Below, in pieces: positions 31,795-42,266 of a stretch of 64,000 nt of DNA. A model generated the notes under the pieces. The model saw nothing but the letters and a program-made list of their open reading frames with translations, had not been told where the DNA came from and made no database searches. Source of the DNA: Demequinaceae bacterium (GTDB taxonomy: Bacteria > Actinomycetota > Actinomycetes > Actinomycetales > Demequinaceae); assembly GCA_016933155.1 (NCBI GenBank), contig JAFGBM010000014.1, forward strand, positions 31,776 through 95,775. Direction: 5' to 3'. The position numbers and the translations under genes are program-made. The first letter of the stretch is position 1. Every line of letters begins with the position of its first letter.

Positions 31795-33129
31795 ATGAAG
31801 GTTGCCAGCCTGGCCGTCGTCGTGGCGATGGTCGCTTCGGGTTGTTCCTTTGACAATCTCGAGAACCCCTATAGGGATCTCGGCCCGGCCCCATCGGCGG
31901 AGGAGATCTTGGAGAGCGTCAACCTCGCCTCCCTCGGGCTTCGGGCGCAGCCGTGCTTCCTCTTCGACGCTCCCGTCGCCCGGTGCTACGCGCCCGACAA
32001 TTGGATGGGGATACGGGAGGGTCGCGAGGCCTTGGGATACGTCCACCGCGAATTGCTCGCCGCAGGGGCCCGCTATTGGGGGAGCTCCGAGTCGCCGACG
32101 ACCGACCGCGGGGCTCCGCGGGTCGCAGGCCTGAACCTGGGCTGCTACTTCGACTACGAGACGGGGGACTTTCCTCTTCGGCTCGTCATCGTCGGGCCGT
32201 CGGGTGAGGCCGAACCGTGCGTCAATGGGCTTCCGGCCGATGGGATCAGCCAGGTCTGGATCATCGGATCGGACTTCGATCCGGAGTCGCACTATGGCGG
32301 GGTCGTCGTGCCGGATTCCCTGGCGCTCCTTCTTCAATCGCTTCCCCCCCGGCTCGTCCGTCCTGATGAGGTCTATGGAGGGGGGTCCTCGACGGTGGAC
32401 GGGTACTACGGCCCGGAGCTGCCCCGGCTCCAGGACACCTACGGGGTGCACATCCTCTTCGACACGGTATCAGTCACCGGGGGAGTGGCCCGAGGGCTCG
32501 TCCAGTATGGGGGCGAGAAACCGGTCGAAGTCCCGGCAGGGGAGACCGGGGAGGGCGACGATGCGCAGACGAGCCTCGTCCAACGGGAGACAACGGGAGC
32601 CGTCGGGGTCGTCATCGAGGTGGGCCTTGCCCGATACTCGGTGCCGGTCGTCATCCGGATGGGCGAATCCGCGCCATTCGAGATTGCCCTGCCAGCCGGT
32701 TTTGAGGCCGACGACCTGAGGGTCGCCCCCGCATGGAACCACACGAACGTCGACTGGCGCGGCGGGCAGCGGTTCAGCGGGCCGACCTCGGACCCGGACT
32801 GTGGAAAAGGGGTCGGAGAAGACGGGGCCGATGTGGCTGCCCTCGCTCCAGGCAAGGGACAGGAGTGCTTGGTGTTCGAAGCCCAGGCGACAACGACAGC
32901 GGGGAAGAGAATCTCGGTCGAGGCGGTGGTAGCGATCTTCGCGGAGGACGGAACCGTCACGGAGGTGTCGGAGCCATTCATCCTGGCGCAGGGGATAGGG
33001 CCGGTGGTGGGCAACGCCAGCATCATCTTCCCGGACATCCAGCTGGCTTGGACGGCTCCGACCGGTTCGGCGGCCTCGACGGGAGTCTGGATTCGATACG
33101 CCGAGCAATCGGACATTGCCGCCGAATAG
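31795..33129 (+). CDS. Hypothetical lipoprotein
   Basis: TACCGT-N6-ATG; MKVASLAVVVAMVASGC lipobox; several Cys pairs. Confidence 0.7.
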   Translation: MKVASLAVVVAMVASGCSFDNLENPYRDLGPAPSAEEILESVNLASLGLRAQPCFLFDAPVARCYAPDNWMGIREGREALGYVHRELLAAGARYWGSSESPTTDRGAPRVAGLNLGCYFDYETGDFPLRLVIVGPSGEAEPCVNGLPADGISQVWIIGSDFDPESHYGGVVVPDSLALLLQSLPPRLVRPDEVYGGGSSTVDGYYGPELPRLQDTYGVHILFDTVSVTGGVARGLVQYGGEKPVEVPAGETGEGDDAQTSLVQRETTGAVGVVIEVGLARYSVPVVIRMGESAPFEIALPAGFEADDLRVAPAWNHTNVDWRGGQRFSGPTSDPDCGKGVGEDGADVAALAPGKGQECLVFEAQATTTAGKRISVEAVVAIFAEDGTVTEVSEPFILAQGIGPVVGNASIIFPDIQLAWTAPTGSAASTGVWIRYAEQSDIAAE

Positions 33130-33223
33130 GGTCCTCGGCGGAGCACGGTCAGGGTGCGGGTTCGGGGGGGGTGACGGTCGGGCGACTAGGGACAGGGGGG
33201 ATGAGCCGTCTAGTCTTGTCCTC

Positions 33224-34300
33224 GTGAGTCCAGACGCAGGCTTCTCGGCCGTCATACCCGCCGGAGGCGTAGGTAGCAGGCTATGGCCCCTCTCCACCCC
33301 GGATCATCCGAAGTTCCTCCTGGACCTGCTGGGCTCCGGCGCCAGCCTCCTTCAGGACACGGTAGCCCGCGTGGCCCCCGTCTCGGACCGGATCATGATC
33401 GTCACCGGGGCTGCACATGTTTCTTCCGTCCGGGGCCAGCTTCCGTGTCTCGGCGATGACGACGTCATCGCCGAACCCAGCCCTCACGACTCCATGCCCG
33501 CCATCGCCCTCGCGGCCGCCGTCCTCGAGAGGCGCCACGGGCCCCATTCCATGGGGGCATTCTCCGCCGACCACGTCATCCGGAAGCCGGAGGCCTTTCG
33601 GGAGGCTGTTCGAATCGCCAGAGCGGCAGCGGAGGCCGGGAAGGTCGTCGTCATCGGCATCGAACCGAGGGGGCCTTCGACGGCCTTCGGCTACATCAAG
33701 GCGGAGGCCCCGATCGAGGGGATGGAGGGCGTGCGCCAGGTGGAGGCCTTCACGGAGAAGCCGGATGCTTCGACGGCGGAGGCCATGCTCGCCGCGGGAT
33801 CCCACTACTGGAACGCCGGCATGTACGTCACCAGAACGGATGTGCTGCTCGGCCACCTCTCACGGACCCATCCGAGCCTGGAGCAGGGGGTCAGGGAACT
33901 CGCGGAGGCATGGGACGGCCCCCGCAGGGCGGCGGAACTCGATCGGATCTGGCCGGATCTGACCTGCATCGCCATCGATCACGCCATCGCGGAGCCGGTC
34001 GCAGCCGAGGGCGGGGTCGCGGTCGTCCCCGGCGATCTAGACTGGTATGACATCGGCGACTTCGCCGTGCTCGCCTCCATGATGGAACCGGGCCCCGACG
34101 GGGTTCGCCTCCTACAGAGGGAGGCAGGGGTCACGACGATTGACGCCCCGGGTGCGATGGTTGTGGGAGGTGAACGACCGGTGGTTCTAGTCGGGGTAGG
34201 CGACGTCACGGTCGTCGATGCCCCCGACGCCATCCTCGTCCTCGGCAGGGACTCGGCGCAGAAGGTGAAGCAAGCGATGGAGGGGACCCGCAAACGATGA
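33224..34300 (+). CDS. manC: Mannose-1-phosphate guanylyltransferase
   Basis: IPAGGVGSRLWPLS...PKF, IAEP, ADH, FTEKP, WNAGM, AIDHAIAE, WYDIG. Confidence 0.9.
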   Translation: MSPDAGFSAVIPAGGVGSRLWPLSTPDHPKFLLDLLGSGASLLQDTVARVAPVSDRIMIVTGAAHVSSVRGQLPCLGDDDVIAEPSPHDSMPAIALAAAVLERRHGPHSMGAFSADHVIRKPEAFREAVRIARAAAEAGKVVVIGIEPRGPSTAFGYIKAEAPIEGMEGVRQVEAFTEKPDASTAEAMLAAGSHYWNAGMYVTRTDVLLGHLSRTHPSLEQGVRELAEAWDGPRRAAELDRIWPDLTCIAIDHAIAEPVAAEGGVAVVPGDLDWYDIGDFAVLASMMEPGPDGVRLLQREAGVTTIDAPGAMVVGGERPVVLVGVGDVTVVDAPDAILVLGRDSAQKVKQAMEGTRKR

Positions 34301-35319
34301 AATGGCAGGCAACGACCATCCTCGCTCGGCTCGGGAAGGCCGTGGGACTGCGCCGGAAATGGCGCGATTCCTCATCCATCCGGCGGGCGATGAGGCTCGC
34401 CCAGAGGGCCTCCGAAGGGGAGATGCCGGCCGCCTGGTTCCGGGCGTACGAACGCGCGTTGGCCGCCCTCAACGAGGAGGATCGATTCAGGTTTACCAAA
34501 CTCACCGTCGACCTTGACCCCTCCGCACTCGACGTGGCCCAACGGGGCCTCGCCTCCGGGGCTCCGTCGAGCGCCGTTTTCGGCCTCATCCGGGCGTGGA
34601 AGGACCTTACCGACGCCGAGCGGGAACTCGCCTTGGGTCCCGTCCGTGAGGCCAAGGAAGGCCCGGTCGTCCTGGCGGGCGCCCCCGCACGTCAGATGGA
34701 CGACACCACCTGCGGCGCAGCTGCGATGGCGATCATGCTCATGGTCGGGGACCCCTTCGTCGGGATATGGGTCGCGAGTGGGCGGTCGTTCTTCCACTAC
34801 CTGCCCCCGGAGGTGGCGCGCATCCCCCGTCGGGCGTGGATGATGACCCCCCAGGAGCGATGGGAAGGCCTCCAGAAGTCGATTCACGTCGACACCGTTC
34901 GACGGGGTTTCCTCCTTCTCGTCCCCTGGCCCAAGTCCCTCGGAACCCCGCCCTGGCGGGTGGACAACCACACTCGCTTCCTCGGCCTGAGGTTCCATGG
35001 CGGGATCGTGGACGACACGGACGAGACCGACCTCGACGCGATGATCACGCGGGCGACGGCGGCCCTCATCGACGGCATCCCCGTGCCGATCTACGCCTCC
35101 GGGGACTCCTCTCGGGGGCTCGACACGGTTGTGCCGAGGCATGTGGTACTACTGACCCACATCCTTGACGGAGGATTCCTCGCGTACGAGCCGGCAAGCG
35201 CGGCCCAGCACTTCGTCTCGGAGAGGCAGTTGCGCGAGGGGGGTAAGGGCCTCGACGCCTTGGGTCATTGGTCGCACATCTCGTGGATGGTCCTTCCGAA
35301 GGCAAAGCCGAACGCGTGA
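34297..35319 (+). CDS. Hypothetical protein with papain/C39-like Gln-Cys-His motifs
   Basis: QMDDTTCGAA, WPKSLGTPPW, GIPVPIY, PRHVVL, YEP; coupled to manC and add. Confidence 0.6.
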   Translation: MKWQATTILARLGKAVGLRRKWRDSSSIRRAMRLAQRASEGEMPAAWFRAYERALAALNEEDRFRFTKLTVDLDPSALDVAQRGLASGAPSSAVFGLIRAWKDLTDAERELALGPVREAKEGPVVLAGAPARQMDDTTCGAAAMAIMLMVGDPFVGIWVASGRSFFHYLPPEVARIPRRAWMMTPQERWEGLQKSIHVDTVRRGFLLLVPWPKSLGTPPWRVDNHTRFLGLRFHGGIVDDTDETDLDAMITRATAALIDGIPVPIYASGDSSRGLDTVVPRHVVLLTHILDGGFLAYEPASAAQHFVSERQLREGGKGLDALGHWSHISWMVLPKAKPNA

Positions 35320-36401
35320 CGACGAAGGGATGCGGGCCGTCGGCTGAGGAGATCCACGCTTTTCCCAAGGTGGTGCTTCACGATCACCTGGACGGGGGGC
35401 TCCGGCCGGAGACCATGCTCGACCTGGCCCAGGCGGCTGGTCACCGGTTGCCGACCGCCGATCCGGACGCGCTCGGGAGGTGGTTCGTCGATCAGGCCTC
35501 CGCGGGCTCCCTTCCGGCCTTCCTCGAGACCTTCGCCCATACCGTCGCCTGCCTGCAGAGCCGGGACGCCTTGGCGCGGGCGGCGCGCGAGGCGGTCGTG
35601 GATCACGCCCGAGACGGGGTGGTCTACGTCGAGATCCGCTATGCGCCGGAGTTGCACGTCGCCGGGGGGTTGACGATGCAGGAGGCCGTCGAGGCGGTGG
35701 CGGCCGGCCTCGACGAGGGGATCGCGGAGGCGCGTCGAGAGGGATATTCGATCCGGGCCGCCGCGCTGCTGACGGCCATGCGGCAGGCGGATCGGAGCGC
35801 CGAGGTAGCCGCTCTTGCGCTTGCGAACCCCGACATGTGTGTGGGGTTCGACATCGCGGGTCCCGAGGCCGGGTTTCCCCCGTCCGGGCATGCGGAAGCA
35901 TTCACCCTGCTTCGGGATGCCCTCGTTCCCGTCACCATTCACGCGGGAGAGGCCGCCGGCCCGGACAGCATCTCCGAGGCGGTGTCCATCGGTGCGGCCC
36001 GTCGTCTCGGCCACGGCCTCAGGATCCTCGACGACATCGAGGATCCGATCGGGGAGCCCCGCTTCGGGAAGGTGGCGGCCTTCGTCCGCGACAATCGCAT
36101 CCCTCTCGAAATCTGTCCGACGTCGAACGTACAGACGGGCGCCGCGTCGTCGATCGCCCGTCATCCCGTGACCGTGCTTCGTGACCTGGGGTTCACCGTG
36201 ACCATCAATCCCGACAACCGCCTGATGTGCGGGACCACGACGTCCCGGGAGATGGGTCTTCTCGTCGAGGAAGCCGGCTGGGGGGTGGCCGACCTCGAAC
36301 TCGCGAGCCTGGACGCAGCGAGGGCGGCCTTCCAGCCCCTCGATGTCCGACAGGAAATCGCCGAGGCCGTCTTCAAGGGATTCGAGGGCGTCGAGCCGTG
36401 A
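35316..36401 (+). CDS. add: Adenosine deaminase
   Basis: PKVVLHDHLDG, GFDIAGPE, TIHAGE, RLGHG, EICPTSN, NPDNRLM. Confidence 0.94.
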   Translation: MTTKGCGPSAEEIHAFPKVVLHDHLDGGLRPETMLDLAQAAGHRLPTADPDALGRWFVDQASAGSLPAFLETFAHTVACLQSRDALARAAREAVVDHARDGVVYVEIRYAPELHVAGGLTMQEAVEAVAAGLDEGIAEARREGYSIRAAALLTAMRQADRSAEVAALALANPDMCVGFDIAGPEAGFPPSGHAEAFTLLRDALVPVTIHAGEAAGPDSISEAVSIGAARRLGHGLRILDDIEDPIGEPRFGKVAAFVRDNRIPLEICPTSNVQTGAASSIARHPVTVLRDLGFTVTINPDNRLMCGTTTSREMGLLVEEAGWGVADLELASLDAARAAFQPLDVRQEIAEAVFKGFEGVEP

Positions 36402-37081
36402 TTACCAGGACAGAGGCCGCACGACTCATCGATCACACACTCCTTCGCCCGGACGCGACCCTGCCCGAGATCGAGGCCTGTGTGGGCGAAGCCGTCGACC
36501 TAGGGGTGTATGCCGTCTGCGTCGAAGGCCGATGGGTCGAAGATGTCGTCGAAATGGCCTGGGGGACGGGCCTCAAGGTTGTCACGGTCTGCGGCTTTCC
36601 CACGGGAGAGGCGGGGATGGGGGTCAAGGCCGAGGAGGCTGCCATGGCGGCGTCGCTCGGCGCCGACGAGGTGGATATGGTTGCCGATCTGGAGGCCATC
36701 CGCCTGGGGGAGTGGGAGCGCCTCGAGAGGGAGGTGGCGATGGTTCGGGTCGCCATCGATGATGTCGCTCCAGGAGGCATTCTCAAGGTCATCCTTGAGA
36801 CCGCCGCCTTGGACATGACCGCCGTCGGAAACGCCGCGCGGACAGTCGCGCGAGGCGGGGCGGACTTCGTCAAGACCTCGACCGGATTCCACAAGGCCGG
36901 GGGGGCGACGGTCGAGACCGTCCGGCTCCTCCACAAGTACGTGGGGGGCCGCCTGGGAGTCAAGGCTTCGGGCGGGATCAGGACCGCGGACGAGGCCGTC
37001 GCCCTGCTCCGGGCGGGGGCGACGCGACTCGGCACCTCGAGGACGAGGGACATCCTCGAAGGCTGGGCTGCCGAGGTTTAG
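36398..37081 (+). CDS. deoC: Deoxyribose-phosphate aldolase
   Basis: IDHTLL, GFPTG, DEVDMV, LKVILET, FVKTSTGF, VKASGGIR, RLGTS. Confidence 0.95.
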   Translation: MITRTEAARLIDHTLLRPDATLPEIEACVGEAVDLGVYAVCVEGRWVEDVVEMAWGTGLKVVTVCGFPTGEAGMGVKAEEAAMAASLGADEVDMVADLEAIRLGEWERLEREVAMVRVAIDDVAPGGILKVILETAALDMTAVGNAARTVARGGADFVKTSTGFHKAGGATVETVRLLHKYVGGRLGVKASGGIRTADEAVALLRAGATRLGTSRTRDILEGWAAEV

Positions 37082-38652
37082 CGGGGCAGGATGGCCCTCA
37101 CCTCGGCCTCAACGTCGCCCATGGTTGCCCTGGCCATCTGTCGATCGAGAACAAGATCGTCGACAATCGGCCGGATGACTTCCACGTAGGCCTTGATCTT
37201 CGCCTCCGTACCGGATGGCCTGACCACCACTCGAGTCCCTGCGTCGGTGAAGATCCGGACACCGTTGGCGGAGGAAAGGCCGTCGAGGCCCGCCGACGCG
37301 TCTTCGACGGATGCCACGGGGGATCCCCCGAGGGAAGCAGGTGGTGAAGCCAGGATCCGGGCGACGGCCCGGGCGGCTTCGGCGGGGGTGGGGGTCCGGA
37401 CGGCCACGAGCCGTGTGAGATGAACGCCATAGGTGCGGTCTAGGTCGTCGAGGGCCTCACCGAGGGTGCGACCCGAAGCCCCCAGAATCGATGCGTATTC
37501 GGCTCCGGCGAGGGCGGCCGAGATCCCGTCCTTGTCGCGGACGATGTCCGGGGCCAGGCAGTAGCCCAACGCCTCCTCGTAGGCGAAGGCCAGGCCAGGC
37601 ACTCGAGAGAGCCACTTGAATCCCGTGAGGGTCGTGGTTGAGCCCAGCCCGTGGCGGCGGGCGATGGCCGAGAGCCTCCGCGACGAGACGACCGTGGAGG
37701 CGAGGGTGTCGGCGTCGTGGACGACCCCCGGAAGCGACTCCCCCGCCTGGAGCCGCCCGGCGATCCATTCGCCCAAGAGCCCTCCGCTCTCGTCTCCGGT
37801 CAACGTCCTCCAGGTGCCATCGATCGGAACTCCCCAGGCGCACCGGTCGGCATCGGGATCGAGGGCGACGGCCAACGTCGCGCCAGCCTCCCGAGCCAGA
37901 TTGAGGACGAGATCCATAGCGCCCGGCTCCTCGGGGTTGGGAAAGGGCACCGTGGGAAAATCGGGATCGGGATCGAACTGCGCATCGACAGGATGGACCC
38001 GAGTGAACCCCGCAGCCTCCAACACCGCGAGCGCAGTGGCCCCGCCGACCCCGTGGAGGGGCGTCAGGGCTATCCCGAGGGAGGCTCTCCGGTTCGCGAC
38101 CTCGCCCGTGGACGGGGGAATGAGTCCGGATACGGCCCGGATGTAGCCCTCCTCGACTTCGTCGCCCAGGACGGTCCAGGCGCCTGCGGGGCCCGCCGCC
38201 CGATCGCCGACCCTGTCGATCCACCCCTGGATCTCCGCATCGGTGGGGGAGGCGATCTGTGCCCCCCGTCCGACGTCGTCCGTCAGCCGTCCCCCGAGGT
38301 AGAGCTTGAGGCCGTTGTCCGATGCGGGGTTGTGGCTGGCGGTCACCATGACCCCGGCGTCGGCATCGAGGAAGCGGACCGCGAAAGCTAGGACGGGGGT
38401 CGGAAGCGGCCGGGGAAGCAGACGAGCCCTATGCCCCGTCGCGGACAGGATCCCCGTCACCTCAAGGGCGAAGGTGTCCGACTCGTGCCGGGCGTCGTAC
38501 CCCACGACGACCGTCGCGGGCCTTCCCCCGAGCCGATCCGAGAGGAATCCGGCTAGTCCGGACGAGACGCGTCGCACCGTGTCGATGTTCATGCGGTCTG
38601 GGCCGGGTCCGAGGGCTCCGCGGATCCCGGCGGTCCCGAAGGTGAGGGGCAC
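37078..38652 (-). CDS. Alpha-D-phosphohexomutase-family mutase (probable phosphopentomutase/phosphomannomutase)
   Basis: FGTAGIRG, TASHNP, DPDADR, YEEALGY, DKDG, RPSGTE; in the nucleoside salvage cluster. Confidence 0.9.
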   Translation of the reverse strand: MPLTFGTAGIRGALGPGPDRMNIDTVRRVSSGLAGFLSDRLGGRPATVVVGYDARHESDTFALEVTGILSATGHRARLLPRPLPTPVLAFAVRFLDADAGVMVTASHNPASDNGLKLYLGGRLTDDVGRGAQIASPTDAEIQGWIDRVGDRAAGPAGAWTVLGDEVEEGYIRAVSGLIPPSTGEVANRRASLGIALTPLHGVGGATALAVLEAAGFTRVHPVDAQFDPDPDFPTVPFPNPEEPGAMDLVLNLAREAGATLAVALDPDADRCAWGVPIDGTWRTLTGDESGGLLGEWIAGRLQAGESLPGVVHDADTLASTVVSSRRLSAIARRHGLGSTTTLTGFKWLSRVPGLAFAYEEALGYCLAPDIVRDKDGISAALAGAEYASILGASGRTLGEALDDLDRTYGVHLTRLVAVRTPTPAEAARAVARILASPPASLGGSPVASVEDASAGLDGLSSANGVRIFTDAGTRVVVRPSGTEAKIKAYVEVIRPIVDDLVLDRQMARATMGDVEAEVRAILPR

Positions 38653-38663
38653 GAGACGATCCC

Positions 38664-39461
38664 CTAGAGGCGGCCGACGATGTCGCCGAGCAGGCGGGAG
38701 ATCCGAGGGCCCGCTTCCCTGCCGGCGGCGAGCACCTCGTCGTGGCTCGGGGCCGCGTCGGAGATCCCGGCCGCCAGATTGGTCACCAGGGAAAGCCCCA
38801 GGACCTCGAGCCCGGCCGCCCGCGCGGCGATGGCCTCGAGGGCGGTCGACATCCCGATGAGGCTCGCCCCCAGGGCCGTCGCCATCCGGATCTCGGCGGG
38901 GGTCTCGTACTGGGGGCCGGGGAACTGGGCGTAGACCCCTTCCTCAAGGGAGGGATCCGACTCCCGGGCGACGGCCCGCAGGCGGGTCGAGTACAGGTCG
39001 GTGAGGTCGACGAAGGCGGGGCCGACGAGCGGGCTCGCCCCCGTGAGGTTGATGTGGTCCGAGATGAGGACGGGGGCGCCGGGGCCGACCTCGGGTCGGG
39101 TCGAGCCGCAGCCGTTCGTCAGGATGACGATGCGGCAGCCGGCAGCGGCCGCGACCCGGATGGGATGGCCGACGGCGACCGCGTCCCGGGATTCGTAGAA
39201 ATGGTGACGGGCGCCCAGGATGAGGACGTGCAAGCCGGTTGACGTGACAACGGAGGAGAGGGTCGAGCCGTGGCCCTCCACCGAGGAGGCGGAGAACCCC
39301 GGGATCTCACCGGCCGTAACCGACGCGACTTCCTGGCCGAGGGAATCGGCCGCCCCCGCCCAGCCCGACCCGAGCACGAGGGCGACGTCGTGCGTCAGAA
39401 CCCCAGTGCGGTCGGCCAGGACCCGGGCGGCCTCCGCGGCCAGCCTCAAAGCCTCGTCCAT
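38664..39461 (-). CDS. punA: Purine-nucleoside phosphorylase (trimeric type)
   Basis: LVLGSGW, HHFYE, LTNGCG, DHINLT, GPQYETPAE, GMST, VTNLAAG; start may be 39470. Confidence 0.92.
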   Translation of the reverse strand: MDEALRLAAEAARVLADRTGVLTHDVALVLGSGWAGAADSLGQEVASVTAGEIPGFSASSVEGHGSTLSSVVTSTGLHVLILGARHHFYESRDAVAVGHPIRVAAAAGCRIVILTNGCGSTRPEVGPGAPVLISDHINLTGASPLVGPAFVDLTDLYSTRLRAVARESDPSLEEGVYAQFPGPQYETPAEIRMATALGASLIGMSTALEAIAARAAGLEVLGLSLVTNLAAGISDAAPSHDEVLAAGREAGPRISRLLGDIVGRL

Positions 39462-39471
39462 GTCCCCCACC

Positions 39472-41373
39472 TCAGTCCTCCTCGCCTGACGAAGCCACAG
39501 CCACCGTGATGGCAAGGCTCAGATGGTCGGAAAGGGGGGAGTCCCCGAGGGTGAATTCGGAGAACGAGACACCCAGACCGAACAGGTAGTCGAGACGAGC
39601 GTGGAAGTCGTCTCCAAGGTAGGTGTCGGCGGGTTGCCAGAGTTGATCCTGCGCACTGAGGAATTCGGCATCGGTCATCCGAGAGACGGTTGCGCTCTCC
39701 GGAGTGGCATTGAAGTCGCCCCCGACGACCGTCGGAGTGCCGTCGTCCGGAAGCCCCGCGAGAAGGGTCTCGACCTCAGCGACCCTGGTGGCCTCGTCGT
39801 CCTTGTGCTGCAGGTGAACGGAGACGACTCTGATCGGACCGTCGGCGGTCTCGATCGTCGCAGCGATCGCGGCGCGCCGCTGAGGCCCGGCTCCGAAGGG
39901 AAGGGGAATCGCGAGGACATCGTCGATGGAATACCGCGAGAGGATGGCGTTCCCGAACTGTTGATCATGGGTTCCGAGGAAGACGTAGTTCATGTCGAGG
40001 CCATCGGCGACGAGTTGAAGCAGGTCCGCACCGCCTCCCAGGATCCACCCCCGATCGACCTCCTGAAGGAGGACGACGTCCGCGTCCTGGGCCTTGATCG
40101 CGTCCACTAGGCCCGAGGGATCCACGCCCGGGCCTCCCCCGGCCGGAGGGATGACCCCGTAGTGGAGGTTCCAGGAGACGATTCGAAGTTGGGATGGGAG
40201 GTCATCGGTCGGGGAGGCCCCTTGGTTGAAGGACATCGATGCGGGAAGAGCGATCAGGATCGCGGCGACGAAGACCAAGGCGGCCCGGCGGCGGGATCCC
40301 GTCAGGGCTCGCGCCATTCCTCCCCGGGGTCGCATCGCTCCGAAGACCCCGCCGACGACGAGAAGGGCGGAGGCACCGACCATCACGAGGAGGTGGGGAA
40401 AGCCCAACGGCTTGTCGTAGTCCAGTTGAACCGCGAGGAAGGGGGCGAGGATCGCTAGGCCGAAGGCGGTGGCGGATCCCAGGGACCGGAGGCCGGAAGG
40501 GGGATCCCCGGGCCTGACCGAGAGGGCACGGCTGGCCAGGTAGGTGAGGCAAAGGGAGGCGAGGGGGAGGGCGACAACGACGGAGATCCCCCCGAGGATG
40601 ACGAAACTGTGGGTTGAACCGAGCGCGACGGCGCCGACGATGGCGGTGGGGATTCCCCCACCGTTGGGGCGGAGCGACGCCAGGACCGCTCCACCCGCGA
40701 GCCCCACGACGGCAAGGACGATCGCGGGGGCGAGATGAATCCCTCCCTGGCTCGAGATGTAGCCGAGATTGGCAAGGGCGAAGGCCAGGAGGGAAAGCCA
40801 GATTCCGAAGGCCCAGAGGCCCTTTGCGGGCTTCTCGGAGGTATCTCTACGGGAGCGCCAGGCCCCACCGAGCACAATGAGGCAGACGAGCGCTGTCGCC
40901 GACCATCCCCATCCATCCGAGCGCCAGGCGGCGTCCCAGGTGTGAAGGAGCCCCTGTTCGAGGACCGAGACGCATCCCCCGATGGCGCCCGCCGCGAGCA
41001 CGGCCGCACCCCCTCCGACGGCGAGGCTTCTTCGGATGACCAGGAGCAGGAGGGTGAGGGACACGGCGAGGGCGGTCAGTCCGATTGCGACGAGGGTGAT
41101 CCCCGAGGCAAAGGGGAAGGAGAGGCGGAGGAGAACGAGGAGGACGGCGGTGAAAAGGGCGACCCGGGCGATCCCTATCCGTCGCCCGAGTACGGCGGCG
41201 AGATGGGCGAGGATCCCGGTCGCGAGGTAGGGGCCGAAAGCCGCGAGGGCGAGGATGGGGGCGGGGAAGTCGAGGAGGTGGGAGAGCAGGGGCCCGGAGG
41301 CTCGGATCAGGTCGAGGGTGAGCCAGGTGACGCCGACCAGGAGTCCGAGGACGCGTCCTTGGGGTCCGGTCAT
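39472..41373 (-). CDS. Multi-TM membrane protein with a C-terminal EEP (endo/exonuclease/phosphatase) domain
   Basis: Many TM helices, then SWNLH, DVVLLQEVD, GNAILSRY, GGDFN, RLDYLF, SDH. Confidence 0.85.
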   Translation of the reverse strand: MTGPQGRVLGLLVGVTWLTLDLIRASGPLLSHLLDFPAPILALAAFGPYLATGILAHLAAVLGRRIGIARVALFTAVLLVLLRLSFPFASGITLVAIGLTALAVSLTLLLLVIRRSLAVGGGAAVLAAGAIGGCVSVLEQGLLHTWDAAWRSDGWGWSATALVCLIVLGGAWRSRRDTSEKPAKGLWAFGIWLSLLAFALANLGYISSQGGIHLAPAIVLAVVGLAGGAVLASLRPNGGGIPTAIVGAVALGSTHSFVILGGISVVVALPLASLCLTYLASRALSVRPGDPPSGLRSLGSATAFGLAILAPFLAVQLDYDKPLGFPHLLVMVGASALLVVGGVFGAMRPRGGMARALTGSRRRAALVFVAAILIALPASMSFNQGASPTDDLPSQLRIVSWNLHYGVIPPAGGGPGVDPSGLVDAIKAQDADVVLLQEVDRGWILGGGADLLQLVADGLDMNYVFLGTHDQQFGNAILSRYSIDDVLAIPLPFGAGPQRRAAIAATIETADGPIRVVSVHLQHKDDEATRVAEVETLLAGLPDDGTPTVVGGDFNATPESATVSRMTDAEFLSAQDQLWQPADTYLGDDFHARLDYLFGLGVSFSEFTLGDSPLSDHLSLAITVAVASSGEED

Positions 41374-41375
41374 GC

Positions 41376-42245
41376 TCACACGGTACCGCGCCGATGGTGG
41401 CTGACGGGGGAGAGGGTCTCGAGCCTTCTAGCCTGGTTCGAGGCGCCGCGGCGGAAGACCCGGACGAAGGCGGTCAGCGTGATCGCAAGGTAGGCCAGCC
41501 ATGCCAGGAACTCGAGAACTGAGGGCGCAGGCAGGAAACCGAATATTCCCTTGAGCACTGCGCCATGCCAGGAGGACTCCGGAACCTGGGCAGACACGTC
41601 GAAGGCCACGGATTCGAAGCCTCGGACAATGCCCGATTCCTGCAACTCGTGAATTGCGTGCGCCAACACCCCGGCTGCCAGCAGTATCAGGAAGAGCCCC
41701 GTCCACGTGAAGAATCTCGCCAGATTGATCCTCACGGCCCCGCGGTAGATGGCCCATCCGAGAGCGACCGCCGTGAAAATTCCCAGCACGGCCCCGCCAA
41801 GGGCGGCTGGAGCTGATCTCGCGGCACTGACCTGCGTCCATAGGAAGAGCGCGATCTCCAGCCCTTCCCTCCCGACGGCCAAGAACGCCAGGCTGAACAC
41901 CGCCCAACGTCCGAGACCAACAGCACGGCCGAGAGAATCCTCGAGGCGTCCCCTTAGCGACCGTGAGGTTCGGGCCATCCAGAACACCATCCATGTCATC
42001 AACGCCGTCGCCGCAAGGCCGGCGACTCCGGCGACGGCTTCGGTGGCCTCCGCGGGAAGCCGCTGTTGACCGAAGGTGAGGATGACGCCGACGGCGAGAG
42101 AGAAGCCGACGGCAGCCCCGAGTCCGCCCCATACCGCCGCGAGGAGGGTGCTCATGTTGGTGCGGAGCAGGTATGCGATCAGGACACCGATGATGAGGGC
42201 GGCTTCGAGGCCCTCGCGGAGACCCAGGACATAGTTGGCGATCAC
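41376..42245 (-). CDS. efeU: FTR1/EfeU-family iron permease
   Basis: Two REGLE motifs (LREGLEA, GREGLEI), HELQE. Confidence 0.92.
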   Translation of the reverse strand: MIANYVLGLREGLEAALIIGVLIAYLLRTNMSTLLAAVWGGLGAAVGFSLAVGVILTFGQQRLPAEATEAVAGVAGLAATALMTWMVFWMARTSRSLRGRLEDSLGRAVGLGRWAVFSLAFLAVGREGLEIALFLWTQVSAARSAPAALGGAVLGIFTAVALGWAIYRGAVRINLARFFTWTGLFLILLAAGVLAHAIHELQESGIVRGFESVAFDVSAQVPESSWHGAVLKGIFGFLPAPSVLEFLAWLAYLAITLTAFVRVFRRGASNQARRLETLSPVSHHRRGTV

Positions 42246-42266
42246 AAGCGCCCCTCCAAAGGGTAG

